Position numbers and translations under genes: made by a program
The notes under the pieces: generated by a model
What the model saw: only the letters and a program-made list of their open reading frames with translations
The model's database searches: none
What the model was told of the DNA's origin: nothing
In this document: piece by piece, positions 29,856 through 41,020 of the stretch
Position numbering within the stretch: position 1 is the stretch's first letter
Layout of the letters: the number at the start of each line of letters is the position of its first letter
DNA from: Candidatus Avelusimicrobium ruminicola
GTDB taxonomy: Bacteria > Elusimicrobiota > Elusimicrobia > Elusimicrobiales > Elusimicrobiaceae
Length of the DNA stretch: 64,000 nt
Direction: 5' to 3'
Assembly: GCA_902764935.1 (NCBI GenBank)
Contig: CACWXQ010000004.1
Location: 36,562-100,561, forward strand

Positions 29856-30350
29856 TTATCCTTGCCGGCGCCATGAAGAATCTCCCACAATGCGGTTGGT
29901 AATCCAAAATATACCCGGTGCAAAGACGGCATTTAACACAGCACCCCCCATCATACTTGCTAAACCGGGCCAGACGCTGCTGGAGGCAAACACCGCCACA
30001 AAAAATGCATTTAGGAGACCTGCCAACCAACTAAGGCAAAATACCGCCACCATTTGAGGGAATAATTCTTCAAAATCAAACCGATCCACTATATTGCAAA
30101 TCAAACAAGCGCACACCGTAAAGGTAAATGCGTTGTTCCCAAACAATTTCACACTATAAAAATCTAAAAACAGTCCGCAGACAAAAGCCAAACTGTACGC
30201 TAACGAAGGACGCAACACCGCACAAAACGCTGTTACAAACACCAGGATAATGTTCGCACTGATTCCCCACCGGGCAAACAGCGAGACTAACGCCCAGTGA
30301 AATACCGTCGCCAATACAAACAAACATAACACGCGCCATGTATTTAACAT
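29856..30350 (-). CDS. mreD: Rod shape-determining protein MreD
   Basis: 164-aa polytopic membrane protein between mreC and mrdA. Confidence 0.7.
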   Translation of the reverse strand: MLNTWRVLCLFVLATVFHWALVSLFARWGISANIILVFVTAFCAVLRPSLAYSLAFVCGLFLDFYSVKLFGNNAFTFTVCACLICNIVDRFDFEELFPQMVAVFCLSWLAGLLNAFFVAVFASSSVWPGLASMMGGAVLNAVFAPGIFWITNRIVGDSSWRRQG

Positions 30351-30353
30351 AAA

Positions 30354-31214
30354 TTATCGGTTCGCCTTATCCTCTAAAATAACAAATACTTCCTTGACAG
30401 CCGCCGCCCGAATATGGGGGGTAACCGTAAGCGTGAGAGCGGTTTGGGAATTTTCTTCTTCGTAAACGCCACTCACCTCACCCACCAAAATCCCGGCCGG
30501 AAATACGCTGCTTGATAGGGAGGTATATACTTTATCCCCTTTATGCACTTGCGTAAGGAGCGGAATATATTTGATTTGTACCGGCCGCGGTCCGTTGCCG
30601 ACTAAAAGGCCTTCTTCGCCGCTTTCTAACCGCACCGCCGCTGAAAATTCTTCATCCCGCACCAGCAATACTTTAGAAGTGTTTTCGGTTACTTCTACCA
30701 CTACCCCCGCTAACCCTTCCTGGCCTTCTTCCATGGAAATAACGGCACTGCGTTCATGGATACCGTCTGCGGTTCCTTTGTCCAAAATCACCGTATTCCA
30801 GCGCGTGGGTTCGCGGTAGGCTACTTTGGCCCACACGCCTTTCCAGGGCTTAGAAAACTGCAAATTCAGCAACTGCGCCAATCGTTCGTTTTCCGCAAAG
30901 ACTTCCGTGGCTTGGGCAGATAATAATTTGGTGGTTTCTATCTCTTGTTTTAATTGCTGATTTTCGTAATGGGCTTGCAACAATTCTTGCACCGTGTCCG
31001 ACACGTTCTGCCCATATTGCACTACACTATGGGCGGCCCGTACTTGCGGGATGAAGATATAAGACAAAACCGCTTTCAAGGAAGTAATAAAACCGTCTAG
31101 CGGCAAAATCATCAGCAAAAAAGAAACCAATAAAAAACATCCCGGCAACATCCAGCGACGTCGCCACGATTCAATAGGGGTATATAATGTTTTGTGATAG
31201 TTTGATTTGCGCAT
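30354..31214 (-). CDS. mreC: Rod shape-determining protein MreC
   Basis: TM anchor, coiled coil (ENQQLKQEIE), beta-rich C-terminal domain. Position after mreB. Confidence 0.85.
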   Translation of the reverse strand: MRKSNYHKTLYTPIESWRRRWMLPGCFLLVSFLLMILPLDGFITSLKAVLSYIFIPQVRAAHSVVQYGQNVSDTVQELLQAHYENQQLKQEIETTKLLSAQATEVFAENERLAQLLNLQFSKPWKGVWAKVAYREPTRWNTVILDKGTADGIHERSAVISMEEGQEGLAGVVVEVTENTSKVLLVRDEEFSAAVRLESGEEGLLVGNGPRPVQIKYIPLLTQVHKGDKVYTSLSSSVFPAGILVGEVSGVYEEENSQTALTLTVTPHIRAAAVKEVFVILEDKANR

Positions 31215-31292
31215 ATACGGGTGCCATAAAAATCAAAACGGACACCGTTTCTAATAATAGAACTGTGCCCGTTTGAACGTTGTTACTGTTAG

Positions 31293-32336
31293 TTAAAACG
31301 ATTTGTGGCGAAATCCCCAAAAATGGGAACCTTTTTCGTTTAATTGTTCCAAATATTTCCCAGTACCCAACGCGACACAATTAAGCGGGTCCGCCGCACG
31401 GTGCACAGGGATATCTGTTTCTTTACGTATCAGTTCCGTAATACCGCGCAAAAGGCTTCCGCCTCCGGCCACCATTAAGCCGCGGTCCACCAAATCGGCC
31501 GCTAACTCCGGCGGGGTTTCTTCCAAGGTACTTTTAATAACGTCCAAAATCAAGCGCACAGGTTCCATAAGGGCCTGACGGATTTCTTCCGAAGTTACCG
31601 TCAAGGTGCGGGGCAAACCTTGTGTTTGGTCACGCCCTTTTACTTCCATAGACTTTTCTTCTTTAAGCGGATAAACGGAACCCAAATTGATTTTTACTTC
31701 TTCAGCAGTCGTTTCACCGACGATTAAATTATATTTCTTGCGGAAATACTGCACAATGCATTCCGTCAGTTCATCACCGGCCACGTCAATGGATTTGGCA
31801 ACAACCATGCCGCCTAAAGAAATTACAGCCACTTCCGTCGTACCACCACCAATATCTACAATCATGCTGGCGTGCGGCTCCGCCACGGGCAGATCAGCCC
31901 CCATGGCCGAGGCCATGGGTTCTTCAATCAAATATACCTCGCGGGCACCCGCTTGACGGGCGGCATCATCCACGGCACGGCGTTCTACGCCGGTAATATC
32001 CGAAGGGATACCAATGACAATCCGGGGGCGCAATAAGCTGCTGCGCGTATGCACTTTGCGAATGAAATAACGGATCATTTCTTGCGTAACTTCAAAGTCC
32101 GCAATCACCCCGTTTTTCATCGGGCGAACGGCCACAATATTAGCAGGCGTTCGGCCAAGCATCTGTTTGGCTTGCTTACCGACGGCTTTTACCTCGCCGG
32201 TTTCTTTCTCCATAGCCACTACGGACGGCTCATTAAGCACAATGCCTTTATCCTTGACGTAAATCAAACAGTTGGCAGTGCCCAAGTCCATGCCCAGGTC
32301 CGAAGAAAACAGCCCCCCCAGATAGTCTAGTACCAT
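31293..32336 (-). CDS. mreB: Rod shape-determining actin homologue MreB
   Basis: [11 protein letters not shown] and [11 protein letters not shown] motifs. Confidence 0.95.
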   Translation of the reverse strand: MVLDYLGGLFSSDLGMDLGTANCLIYVKDKGIVLNEPSVVAMEKETGEVKAVGKQAKQMLGRTPANIVAVRPMKNGVIADFEVTQEMIRYFIRKVHTRSSLLRPRIVIGIPSDITGVERRAVDDAARQAGAREVYLIEEPMASAMGADLPVAEPHASMIVDIGGGTTEVAVISLGGMVVAKSIDVAGDELTECIVQYFRKKYNLIVGETTAEEVKINLGSVYPLKEEKSMEVKGRDQTQGLPRTLTVTSEEIRQALMEPVRLILDVIKSTLEETPPELAADLVDRGLMVAGGGSLLRGITELIRKETDIPVHRAADPLNCVALGTGKYLEQLNEKGSHFWGFRHKSF

Positions 32337-32339
32337 AGA

Positions 32340-32684
32340 TTAGTCCACAAGTTTAACAATCGCTACTTGCGCATTGTCGCCTTGGCGTAAGCCAGCGCGA
32401 TAAATGCGGCAGAAACCGCCGGGGCGGTTGGCATAGCGGGCCGCTAATACGTCAAATACTTTCTTTACAGCGGCGGCATCTTTGAGCGTGTCTTTTACGG
32501 CACGTTCATTTTTAGCCTTAGCTAAGGTGATTAAACCTTCTACCACGCGGCGCACTTCTTTGGCTTTGGGAAGGGTCGTGGTTACTTCTTCGTGCAGAAT
32601 AATGCTGGTGGCCATGTTGTTAAGCATAGCACGGCGGTGAGAGGCCGTTTTACCCAGTTTTCTGTATCCAGTATTTTTAATCAT
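32340..32684 (-). CDS. rplQ: 50S ribosomal protein L17
   Basis: HRRAMLNNMATSI signature. Position after rpoA. Confidence 0.95.
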   Translation of the reverse strand: MIKNTGYRKLGKTASHRRAMLNNMATSIILHEEVTTTLPKAKEVRRVVEGLITLAKAKNERAVKDTLKDAAAVKKVFDVLAARYANRPGGFCRIYRAGLRQGDNAQVAIVKLVD

Positions 32685-32698
32685 ACAACAAATACTCC

Positions 32699-33694
32699 TT
32701 AAATTTTCATGCCAAGTGATAACTTCATCTCGGCTAATTTTGCTTTAATTTCGTCCATGGATTTGGCGCCAAAATTCTTAATGAGGTTCAGTTCCCCTTC
32801 GGTCATTTTGACTAAATCACGTACGGTGTTGATGTTGGCAGACTTCAAGCAGTTAATGGAACGAGAAGAAAGTTCAATAAACTCAATGGATTGGCTTAAA
32901 GTTTCTTCTTGTTTGCTTTGCGCCGCAGAAACCGCCACCGTAGCCGGGGAGGCTTCCGCTTCTACTACTTCGTCGCTCACCGTCTTTACACAATCATCTT
33001 CCCCTTCAATGGTAAAAATGTGCAAAGAACCGGACAACAATACCGCCGCGCGGTGCAAAGCACGCGCCGGAGATAACGTACCATCAGTCGTAATCTCCAA
33101 GATTAAGCGGTCATAGTCCGTTTTTTGGCCTACACGGGCCGGTTCAACATCATAATGTACTTTTACGATCGGCGAGAATAAAGCATCTACCGCAATGAAG
33201 CCGGCCGGGCGTTGCGCCTTGGCCAGTTCTTCACCGGGCATATAGCCCTTGCCGCGGGAAACTTCAATTTCAATTTCCAACTTACCGCCGGCTTCCAACG
33301 TAGCGAGCACCAAGTCTTTATTGATAATTTCCACACCGTCTACTTCTTCAATATCGGCAGCAGTTACTACGCCGGGTTTAGAAGCATGCAATTGTAAATA
33401 TTCACGGTTTTTGCCTTCCATTTTAACACGTAAGTGTTTGAAATTCAGCAAGATATTGATCACATCTTCGCGCACATTGGGCACGGCACTAAATTCGTGC
33501 ACAGCACCGGCAATGCGTACAGCCGTTACGGCCGCGCCTTCCATACCGGAAAGCAAAATGCGGCGTAAGGAATTGCCTACGGTGTGACCATAACCGCTTT
33601 CGTACGGTTCAGCAATAAACTTACCGTAGTAGTCAGAAGCGGTTTTTTCTTCTAACTGAATTTTTTGGGGAAGAACTAATTCGTTTAAAGCCAT
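32699..33694 (-). CDS. rpoA: DNA-directed RNA polymerase subunit alpha
   Basis: GHTVGNSLRRILLS motif and a C-terminal HhH domain. Confidence 0.95.
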   Translation of the reverse strand: MALNELVLPQKIQLEEKTASDYYGKFIAEPYESGYGHTVGNSLRRILLSGMEGAAVTAVRIAGAVHEFSAVPNVREDVINILLNFKHLRVKMEGKNREYLQLHASKPGVVTAADIEEVDGVEIINKDLVLATLEAGGKLEIEIEVSRGKGYMPGEELAKAQRPAGFIAVDALFSPIVKVHYDVEPARVGQKTDYDRLILEITTDGTLSPARALHRAAVLLSGSLHIFTIEGEDDCVKTVSDEVVEAEASPATVAVSAAQSKQEETLSQSIEFIELSSRSINCLKSANINTVRDLVKMTEGELNLIKNFGAKSMDEIKAKLAEMKLSLGMKI

Positions 33695-33708
33695 GCAATG
33701 CCTCCAAA

Positions 33709-34338
33709 CTATCTAGAATAATATTCTACAATCAGCTGTTCATTGACAGGGTAGGACATTTCCTCTCTGTCGGGCCATCTCAACAATTTGCCGGTCAATT
33801 TTTCCGCATCATATTCCAAAAAGCTCGGGCGCGGATTGTGTTTTTCGGCTTCGGTTAACCCTTGTTTTACCATGGCATTTTCGGCCATAGTGCTCTTCAA
33901 GGTTACTTTGTCGCCAATGCGTAATTGGTAAGAAGGAACGTTAACGGCTTTACCATTAACAGTTACATTCCCGTGCAGAACGAGTTGACGAGCCGTTTTG
34001 AGGGATACTGCAAAACCTAAGCGGCGCACAATGTTATCTAGGCGGGTTTCCAATTTGCGCAAGAAATTTTCACCGGTTTGACCTTCGGCTTTAGCCGCTG
34101 TAGCAAACATGTTGTGGAAAGGAATTTCCGACATGCCGGACTGTAAGCGGGCTTTTTGTTTTTCCTGCAAGCGGATACCGTATTCGGATACTTTGGCTTT
34201 GCGTACTTTGCCGCCGCGTTTGGTGGCAGCCGCCAATTTGTCAATGACACAATTGGTGTAGCACTTGGTTCCTTTGAGGAAAAGTTTGCAATCTAATTTT
34301 CTGCATTTTTTGCAGGTAGCTCCAATATTTCTTGACAT
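33709..34338 (-). CDS. rpsD: 30S ribosomal protein S4 (Cys-containing N-terminus)
   Basis: S4 domain. N-terminal CKKCRK...C..C cluster. Confidence 0.95.
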   Translation of the reverse strand: MSRNIGATCKKCRKLDCKLFLKGTKCYTNCVIDKLAAATKRGGKVRKAKVSEYGIRLQEKQKARLQSGMSEIPFHNMFATAAKAEGQTGENFLRKLETRLDNIVRRLGFAVSLKTARQLVLHGNVTVNGKAVNVPSYQLRIGDKVTLKSTMAENAMVKQGLTEAEKHNPRPSFLEYDAEKLTGKLLRWPDREEMSYPVNEQLIVEYYSR

Positions 34339-34342
34339 AAAA

Positions 34343-34765
34343 CTATACTCTCCGTGCTTTGGGCGGTCTGCATCCGTTGTGAGGGATCGGGGTTACGTCT
34401 TTAATAGAAGATACGACTAACCCGGCTTGCGCTAAGGCGCGTACTGCGGTTTCACGTCCTTGACCAGGACCGCATACTTTTACGGCCACTTCGCGCATAC
34501 CCATAGACACGGCTTTTTCGGCCGCGGTGTTGCTGGTAATTTGCGCAGCAAACGGCGTAGATTTTTTGGTGCCTTTGAAACCATGGGAACCGGCGGTAGA
34601 CCAGGCTAACGTGTTGCCTTTATCGTCGGACACGGTTACAATGGTGTTGTTAAACGAGCAGAAAATATGCACCACACCGAATACCGGTGCTTTGGCATTT
34701 TTCTTTTTTGTTTTGGCCGCCGGAGCAGTTGCCTCTGCGGCTTTAGTTACTTTTTCTTCTGCCAT
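34343..34765 (-). CDS. rpsK: 30S ribosomal protein S11
   Basis: [15 protein letters not shown] and [12 protein letters not shown] motifs. Confidence 0.95.
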   Translation of the reverse strand: MAEEKVTKAAEATAPAAKTKKKNAKAPVFGVVHIFCSFNNTIVTVSDDKGNTLAWSTAGSHGFKGTKKSTPFAAQITSNTAAEKAVSMGMREVAVKVCGPGQGRETAVRALAQAGLVVSSIKDVTPIPHNGCRPPKARRV

Positions 34766-34789
34766 ACTGTTAAATTCCTATGTTAAAAT

Positions 34790-35164
34790 TTATTTCACTT
34801 TGGAACCGACCGTTTTTCTGCGTCCGCGGCGGGTTCTGCTGTTGGTTTTGGTGCGTTGACCACGTACCGGCAAATTGCGGCGGTGGCGCTGTCCACGATA
34901 AGAACCGATTTCAATAGCGCGGTGAATGTTTTGCGCTACTTCGCGGCGCAGTTCACCTTCCACTTTGTATTCTTTCTGCAAAATGGTGTTTAACAGACCG
35001 GCTTGTTGTTCGGTTAAATCTTTAACGCGGGTGGCGGGGTCAATTTGACCTTCCACTTTTGCGAGTACTTCTTTGGCGTTTTTCTTGCCGATGCCGTAGA
35101 TGTATTCTAACGCGACATCAATTCTTTTGTTTTTCGGTAAATCAATACCTGCGACTCTGGCCAT
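34790..35164 (-). CDS. rpsM: 30S ribosomal protein S13
   Basis: [10 protein letters not shown] start and [13 protein letters not shown]. Confidence 0.95.
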   Translation of the reverse strand: MARVAGIDLPKNKRIDVALEYIYGIGKKNAKEVLAKVEGQIDPATRVKDLTEQQAGLLNTILQKEYKVEGELRREVAQNIHRAIEIGSYRGQRHRRNLPVRGQRTKTNSRTRRGRRKTVGSKVK

Positions 35165-35184
35165 AATTCTTAATACTCCTTAAA

Positions 35185-35298
35185 TTAACCTTGGCGTTGT
35201 TTGTGTTTTGCCACTTCGCAAACCACACGAACTACGCCGTTGCGTTTAATGATTTTGCATTTTTGACATATTTTCTTTACACTGGCTCTGACTTTCAT
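35185..35298 (-). CDS. rpmJ: 50S ribosomal protein L36
   Basis: Not in the ORF track (37 aa). My translation is [37 protein letters not shown]. The ATG abuts the infA stop. Confidence 0.9.
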   Translation of the reverse strand: MKVRASVKKICQKCKIIKRNGVVRVVCEVAKHKQRQG

Positions 35299-35511
35299 TT
35301 ATTTCTCCCTATAAGTTATTCTTCCACGGGTTAAATCATACGGGGAAAGTTCCAGTTTGACTTTATCACCCGGAAGAATTCTTATATGATGAACTCTCAT
35401 TTTGCCGGATATATGCCCTAAAATCACTTTGCCGCCCGCAATTTCTATCTTAAACATTGCATTAGGCAAGGCTTCTAGAACTTTACCTTCAATTTCGATT
35501 TTATCACTCAT
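35299..35511 (-). CDS. infA: Translation initiation factor IF-1
   Basis: 70 aa. S1-like fold, [16 protein letters not shown]. Confidence 0.95.
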   Translation of the reverse strand: MSDKIEIEGKVLEALPNAMFKIEIAGGKVILGHISGKMRVHHIRILPGDKVKLELSPYDLTRGRITYREK

Positions 35512-35567
35512 ACAACTCCGAGTTCGGATTAAATTAGGAATCCCTGCAAGCGAGCCATCGCATACAG

Positions 35568-36320
35568 TTATTCAAAGGCCGTGAAAATTTCACTGCCGTT
35601 AGCGGTTACAGCGACCGTGTGTTCAAAATGGGCTGCTAAACTGCCATCTTGCGTCACAACCGTCCAGCCGTTATCCAGCTCCCTGACCTTATACGTTCCC
35701 GCAGTCAACATGGGTTCAATCGCCAGTACCATACCCGCTTCCAACACGGGCCCCGTTCCGGGTTTGCCGAAGTTGGGGATACTGGGCTCTTCGTGCATAT
35801 TGCGGCCAATACCATGCCCGCAATAATCGCGCACAACGCCCATGCCGTTTTCTATAGCAAAAGTTTCCACCGCATGTTGTACGTCGCCAAGGCGGCGCCC
35901 GGCTTTGACTTGCCCAATTGCCTTAAATAGCGACTTTTTAGTTACGTCCATCAGTCGCTGGGCTTCGTCAGAAACTTTCCCTACAGCGAGGGTGATTGCG
36001 GCATCTGAACAGAAACCGTCAAGGCGGGCTCCTGTATCAATACTGATAATATCACCACTCTTTAATATTTTATCTTTTTTTGGGATTCCGTGCACGACTT
36101 CTTCGTTTACAGACGCGCAAATACTACCCGGAAACCCATAATAGCCTAAAAATAACGGGGTCGCCCCGAAGGAGCGAATTACTTTTTCGGCTTCGCGATC
36201 CAGGTCCCATGTAGACAGACCGGGTTTTACAAATTCGGCCATCCGTTTTAGAACGGCCGCTGTTACTTTACCGGCTGCCCGCATTTTGGCAAGTTCGCTT
36301 TCGTTTTTTACTTCAATCAT
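35568..36320 (-). CDS. map: Methionine aminopeptidase type I
   Basis: GHGIG, D..D and E metal-ligand pattern. 250 aa. Confidence 0.93.
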   Translation of the reverse strand: MIEVKNESELAKMRAAGKVTAAVLKRMAEFVKPGLSTWDLDREAEKVIRSFGATPLFLGYYGFPGSICASVNEEVVHGIPKKDKILKSGDIISIDTGARLDGFCSDAAITLAVGKVSDEAQRLMDVTKKSLFKAIGQVKAGRRLGDVQHAVETFAIENGMGVVRDYCGHGIGRNMHEEPSIPNFGKPGTGPVLEAGMVLAIEPMLTAGTYKVRELDNGWTVVTQDGSLAAHFEHTVAVTANGSEIFTAFE

Positions 36321-36955
36321 TTTACCTTCTCAAGGACTGTACAAATGTCCTTAAAAACTTGATCCGGCGTTTGATTGCCGTTAATTTCCACATATTTGCC
36401 GGAATTTTGATAATATTTTTTTACCGGCAGCGTATCTTTGTGGTACACGTCCAAGCGGTGTTTGGCACGCGCGGGCGTATCATCCGGGCGGGTATAGAGT
36501 TCTCCGGCGCACACAGGGCACACCGTGCCTCCTTCCGGCCCTACATGTAAAATTTCCCCACAGTTGCGGCATTGGCGGCGCGAAGAAATCCGCCCGATCA
36601 CTTCATCTTCCGGCAAGTTAATCATCACCACAGCCGTAATTTGACGTTGCAAACGGCGCATCATTTCATCTAGCACTTGGGCTTGCGCCACGGTCCGCGG
36701 AAATCCGTCAAAGATAATGCCTACATCCGTTGCGCTTACAATTTTTTCCAACATGGAAATCATCAGCGCATCCGGCACCAGGTTTCCCCGGTTAATAATT
36801 TGAGCAATTTGTTTTCCCAAATCACTCCCACTTGCTATTTCAGCACGCAACACATCTCCCGTAGAGATGTGTTTTAAGTGAAATGCGTCCTGCAATTTGG
36901 CTGACTGAGTACCTTTACCGGCACCCGGGCAACCCATTAAAACAATATTCATCAT
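36317..36955 (-). CDS. adk: Adenylate kinase (zinc lid type)
   Basis: GCPGAGKGTQ P-loop. Lid with CRNCG...CPVC. Confidence 0.95.
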   Translation of the reverse strand: MMNIVLMGCPGAGKGTQSAKLQDAFHLKHISTGDVLRAEIASGSDLGKQIAQIINRGNLVPDALMISMLEKIVSATDVGIIFDGFPRTVAQAQVLDEMMRRLQRQITAVVMINLPEDEVIGRISSRRQCRNCGEILHVGPEGGTVCPVCAGELYTRPDDTPARAKHRLDVYHKDTLPVKKYYQNSGKYVEINGNQTPDQVFKDICTVLEKVK

Positions 36956-36967
36956 GCTTAAACAGCA

Positions 36968-37003
36968 TTTTCCTCTCGCGACTTAGTATGCGCGAGAGGA
37001 AAA
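36968..37003 (-). promoter_or_regulatory. Strong intra-operon stem-loop between secY and adk
   Basis: TTTTCCTCTCGCG / CGCGAGAGGAAAA perfect 13-bp stem with a 10-nt loop. Confidence 0.6.
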
Positions 37004-37010
37004 TTAAAAG

Positions 37011-38345
37011 TTACTGTACGTTAAACCAGCGGCCGCGGATGCGTTTAGAACCCTTCATAAGCGGTTCATAATTGCGTGCCAATAAGTGCGCTTGCACTTG
37101 GCTTACCGTATCTAACGCTACCCCTACAACGATTAGCAAGGCCGTACCGCCGAAGTAGAAGTCTACCCCGAAATAAGCACGGAACGCATCCGGCAGCACC
37201 GCTACCAAACATACAAAGATGGCTCCACAGAACGTAATGCGGTTCATCACCCATTCAATGTAATTTTTAGTCGGTTCGCCGGGGCGAATGCCCGGGATAA
37301 AGCCGCCCCATTTTTTCATGTTGTCGGCTAAATCGGCGGGGTTAATCGTCATGGAGTTATAAAAATAACAGAAGAAGATAATAAGCGCTGAAAATAATAA
37401 CATATACCACACGTTTCCGTGGTTAAACATATTTAAGATTTTCTGTGCCCATTCGGCTTCTTGGTTGAAACTGGCTATTGTAAGTGGCAAAGAGATTACA
37501 GAGGAGGCAAAGATTACAGCGATTACACCACTCTGATCTACTTTCAAAGGCAAATAACTGGCTTGCCCAGCCACCATACGGTTTCCTACGGTGCGTTTGG
37601 CATATTGTACCGGGATTTGGCGTTGCGCGGTTTCTAACCACACTACCAAAGCCGTAATAACGACTGCCGCCGCAAAAATTACCATAGCCACAAAGAAATC
37701 CATTTCGCCCGTCTGCACACGGTTTACGATTTCGTTAATAGCGGCCGGTAAACGATCTACGATCCCCGCAAAGATGATGAGCGAAATACCGTTGCCCACC
37801 CCTTTTTCGGTGATTTGTTCACCCAGCCACATCACAAACATCGTCCCCGCTGCCAAAGTAAGCAGCGTGGTAGCGAAGAACAAGAAATTCGGATTGACAA
37901 CCGCCGGGATATCCCCCGCGCCAGTAACGCGCGTGATAGCGAAAGTCATCATTCCGCCTTGTAACAAGGCTAAAAACAGTGCAAAAATACGAGTAATTTG
38001 GTTTTCTTTGCGCCGTCCGCTTTCGCCTTCTTTATGCATGCGGTCTAAGGCCGGGAAAATATGCGCCCCGCGCACTAACCCCATGATAATGGAAGCGTTG
38101 ATGTACGGCATAATACCCAATGCTAAAATGGAAAAACGCCCTAATGCACCGCCCGAAAAGATATTCATAAAACCCAGAATACCGTTTTGGTGCGCCGCAA
38201 AAAGTTGGCGTAATACATCCGTGTTAATACCGGGTATCGGGATGGCCGCAGCCACCCGGAAAACTGCCAACGCCCCGATCACAAAGAGCAGGCGCTTTTT
38301 GAGTTCGGGGGCGTTAAAAATATTTGCAACTGTATTATTAGCCAT
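37011..38345 (-). CDS. secY: Preprotein translocase subunit SecY
   Basis: 444-aa 10-TM protein in the canonical position after rplO. Confidence 0.95.
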   Translation of the reverse strand: MANNTVANIFNAPELKKRLLFVIGALAVFRVAAAIPIPGINTDVLRQLFAAHQNGILGFMNIFSGGALGRFSILALGIMPYINASIIMGLVRGAHIFPALDRMHKEGESGRRKENQITRIFALFLALLQGGMMTFAITRVTGAGDIPAVVNPNFLFFATTLLTLAAGTMFVMWLGEQITEKGVGNGISLIIFAGIVDRLPAAINEIVNRVQTGEMDFFVAMVIFAAAVVITALVVWLETAQRQIPVQYAKRTVGNRMVAGQASYLPLKVDQSGVIAVIFASSVISLPLTIASFNQEAEWAQKILNMFNHGNVWYMLLFSALIIFFCYFYNSMTINPADLADNMKKWGGFIPGIRPGEPTKNYIEWVMNRITFCGAIFVCLVAVLPDAFRAYFGVDFYFGGTALLIVVGVALDTVSQVQAHLLARNYEPLMKGSKRIRGRWFNVQ

Positions 38346-38800
38346 TATTTCGTCTCAATAACGGTTGCAGTACCGCCGGCTTTTTCAATCGCGGCTTTGG
38401 CCGTGGCGGAAAAACCATGAGCAGATACTTTGAGGGCTTTGGTCAAAGTCCCGTTAGCAAGCACTTTCACGCGGCAAGCGCAGTGAATAACACCCGCTTT
38501 CTTTAAGGCTTCGGGGGTTACTTCAGCCCCAGCGGCAAAGAGTTTTTCCAAAGAGCCGACGTTTACATAATCGTAACGAACGGCAAAGTCTTTATTGGAA
38601 AAACCGCTTTTAGGCGTATGGCGGATTAACGGCATCTGTCCGCCTTCTTTGCTTTCCTTGCGCGTGTTACCGGAACGAGAGGTTTGCCCTTTCATCCCTT
38701 TGGTGCAGTAGTTACCTAAGCCGGAACCCGGGCCGATACCCAAGCGGCGTTTGGCTTTACGAGAACCATGTTTAGGGAAAAGTTTATTTAAAGTTACCAT
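38345..38800 (-). CDS. rplO: 50S ribosomal protein L15
   Basis: Gly/Lys/Arg-rich N-terminus and operon position. Confidence 0.93.
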   Translation of the reverse strand: MVTLNKLFPKHGSRKAKRRLGIGPGSGLGNYCTKGMKGQTSRSGNTRKESKEGGQMPLIRHTPKSGFSNKDFAVRYDYVNVGSLEKLFAAGAEVTPEALKKAGVIHCACRVKVLANGTLTKALKVSAHGFSATAKAAIEKAGGTATVIETK

Positions 38801-38819
38801 ATGTTATCTCTCCACAAAA

Positions 38820-39416
38820 CTAGGCGGCCTTGGCTTCGGTTGTTTCTTCGGCTTTGGGCGCTTCTTGGGCGGCTTCTGCCTTTTCGGCTTTACCGCGCAA
38901 CACGTTTACAGTGTCTTTGCTTTTGAGTTGTTTGAAGGCTTCCATCGTAGCATACACGAGGTTGCACGGATTGGTGCTTCCCAAACTCTTGGCCAGTACG
39001 TCTTTGATACCGGCAGCTTCAAATAATAAACGTGCACCGGAACCGGCGATTACACCGGTACCAGGGGCAGCGGGCTTCATCCATACGGAGGCTGCGCCAA
39101 ATTTGCCGATTACTTCGTGCGGAATCGTATCGCCGACAATCGGGAATGTAATCATGTGCTTGCGCGCATGCGTTTCGGCCTTTGCAATAGCGGCCTGAAC
39201 TTGGTTAGCCTTGCCAATAGCCACACCCACTTTGCCTTGACCATTACCGACTACCACTAACGCACGGAACCCCATGCGTTTACCACCTTTTACTACTTTG
39301 GTGGTGCGGGCTACGTTAATTACGGTCGTTTTGCCTTCCATAGCGGGTTTAGCTTTTTGAAACTCGGCTCTTTTGCCTTTCGCTTCTTTTTTTACTTCGT
39401 TGGACATTAAATTCAC
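38820..39416 (-). CDS. rpsE: 30S ribosomal protein S5 (with Ala/Glu/Lys-rich C-terminal tail)
   Basis: INVARTTKVVKGGKRMGFRALVVVGN motif. There is no rpmD (L30) between S5 and L15. Confidence 0.95.
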   Translation of the reverse strand: MNLMSNEVKKEAKGKRAEFQKAKPAMEGKTTVINVARTTKVVKGGKRMGFRALVVVGNGQGKVGVAIGKANQVQAAIAKAETHARKHMITFPIVGDTIPHEVIGKFGAASVWMKPAAPGTGVIAGSGARLLFEAAGIKDVLAKSLGSTNPCNLVYATMEAFKQLKSKDTVNVLRGKAEKAEAAQEAPKAEETTEAKAA

Positions 39417-39424
39417 CTATGACC

Positions 39425-39790
39425 TTAGAATTTTAATCCTGCTTCACGGGCAGCATCGGCTAACGCTTTAATTCTGCCGTGGTATACACGTCCGCCGCGA
39501 TCAAACATTACTTCTTTAATGCCTTGATCAAGTGCTTTTTTAGCAATGGCAGCACCGAGGGCCTTGGCGGCCTCAATGCTCTTGGCGGAGGTATCAAATT
39601 TGCCTTCAAATTCTTTAGACAACGTCGTCGCAGACACTAACGTGCTATGCGTGTTATCATCAATAATTTGGGCATACATGTATTTTAAGCTTCTGTATAC
39701 AGACAAGCGCGGGCGGTGGGCACCGTTTTTCAAGAGATGTCCGCGGCTGCGGTCTTTTCTATATTGATATCTTTCTTGTTTAGTAGCCAT
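39425..39790 (-). CDS. rplR: 50S ribosomal protein L18
   Basis: [20 protein letters not shown] and FDRGG..YHGR motifs. Confidence 0.95.
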   Translation of the reverse strand: MATKQERYQYRKDRSRGHLLKNGAHRPRLSVYRSLKYMYAQIIDDNTHSTLVSATTLSKEFEGKFDTSAKSIEAAKALGAAIAKKALDQGIKEVMFDRGGRVYHGRIKALADAAREAGLKF

Positions 39791-39792
39791 AA

Positions 39793-40344
39793 TTATTTAC
39801 CTCCCGCGGCGGTCTTACCAGCTTTGCGAGCAACATGTTCGCCTTGGTATTTAATACCGCTCCCTTTATACGGCTCCGGCGGGCGGATGCGGCGGATTTT
39901 AGCAGCAAAGTCACCAACTAAGAATTTGTTGCTGCCTTTAATGGTAACAAACCCGGTTTTGCCGTCTACGGTTACCGTAAGGCCTTCGGGAATATCTAAA
40001 TTGACCGGGTGAGAGAAACCTAATTCCAGGTTTAATTTTTTCCCGGCTACGCTGGCGCGGTATCCTAACCCATTGATTTCCAAGGTTTTTTCAAAGCCGT
40101 TGGTTACACCTTCAATGATGTTAAACACATTGGCGCGGGTCGTCCCGTGCAAGGCGTTTAAGGCTTTGTAATCTTTTTCTTCAATAGAGAAAGAGAGCGT
40201 GCCATTGTCAAGTTTCGGGGTAATACCGGCCGGCACCGTATAGGACAAAGAGCCCAGCGCACCGGTAGCGGTGATTACATTATCTTTAATTTCCACTTTG
40301 GTTTTAGCGGGAACGTTGATTACTTTTTTACCAATTCTGCTCAT
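39793..40344 (-). CDS. rplF: 50S ribosomal protein L6
   Basis: MSRIGKKVI start and [11 protein letters not shown]. Confidence 0.95.
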   Translation of the reverse strand: MSRIGKKVINVPAKTKVEIKDNVITATGALGSLSYTVPAGITPKLDNGTLSFSIEEKDYKALNALHGTTRANVFNIIEGVTNGFEKTLEINGLGYRASVAGKKLNLELGFSHPVNLDIPEGLTVTVDGKTGFVTIKGSNKFLVGDFAAKIRRIRPPEPYKGSGIKYQGEHVARKAGKTAAGGK

Positions 40345-40353
40345 AATTCCCCC

Positions 40354-40746
40354 TTACCATACTTGACACAAGATTTCACCGCCGATTTTAGCGGCTTTGG
40401 CTTGTGCATCCGTCATTAAACCTTTAGAAGTGGACAAGATAGAAATACCGAACGCACCGCGCACTTTCGGGATATTATCGTAAGCGCTGTATACGCGGGA
40501 ACCCGGTTTAGAAACACGTTTCAAACCTTGGATCACGCATTCGTTTTCGGGCGTGTATTTCAAAAATACTCTAACCACACCGCCCTTGGTTTCGTTGTGG
40601 ACGGCTTTGAAATTGGCGATATATCCTTCTTCTTTGAGGATGCGCGCAATTTCAGTTTTGATTTTAGAAAAAGGGATATCCACTTTTTCTTTTTTCTTCA
40701 TATTTGCGTTTCTTATTCTGGTTAAGAAATCTGCGATTGGATCCAT
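40354..40746 (-). CDS. rpsH: 30S ribosomal protein S8
   Basis: [13 protein letters not shown] start. Confidence 0.95.
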   Translation of the reverse strand: MDPIADFLTRIRNANMKKKEKVDIPFSKIKTEIARILKEEGYIANFKAVHNETKGGVVRVFLKYTPENECVIQGLKRVSKPGSRVYSAYDNIPKVRGAFGISILSTSKGLMTDAQAKAAKIGGEILCQVW

Positions 40747-40820
40747 ATTCTAAGTTGCCCTCCGTAACTACTTTCTATTATTCTATAGAGTTGGCCCGGT
40801 TAGGCAGCTCCTCCTGTAAA

Positions 40821-41006
40821 TTACCAACTGGATTTTTTAAGACCAGGAATTAAGCCCTGGTGAGCCATCTTTCTCAGGCAGATACGGCATAGACCGAAGT
40901 CGCGATAGTAACCGCGGGCACGACCACAGATTTGGCATCTGTTGTGGTAGCGCACAGCAAACTTTTGGTCTTTCGCCATTTTTGCAACCCATGCTTTCGT
41001 AGCCAT
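40821..41006 (-). CDS. rpsZ: 30S ribosomal protein S14 type Z (zinc form)
   Basis: 61 aa. CQICGR...CRIC. Confidence 0.93.
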   Translation of the reverse strand: MATKAWVAKMAKDQKFAVRYHNRCQICGRARGYYRDFGLCRICLRKMAHQGLIPGLKKSSW

Positions 41007-41020
41007 AAGTTCTTTGCTCC

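Noticed and set aside
37591-38361. Long antisense ORFs opposite highly expressed genes: 256 aa opposite secY, plus 42741-43415 opposite rplP/rpsC, 61621-62193 opposite rplL, and 50664-51713 opposite fusA.
   Set aside because: They have low-complexity composition and no start context. They fully overlap confidently identified conserved genes. This is the typical codon-bias artefact.
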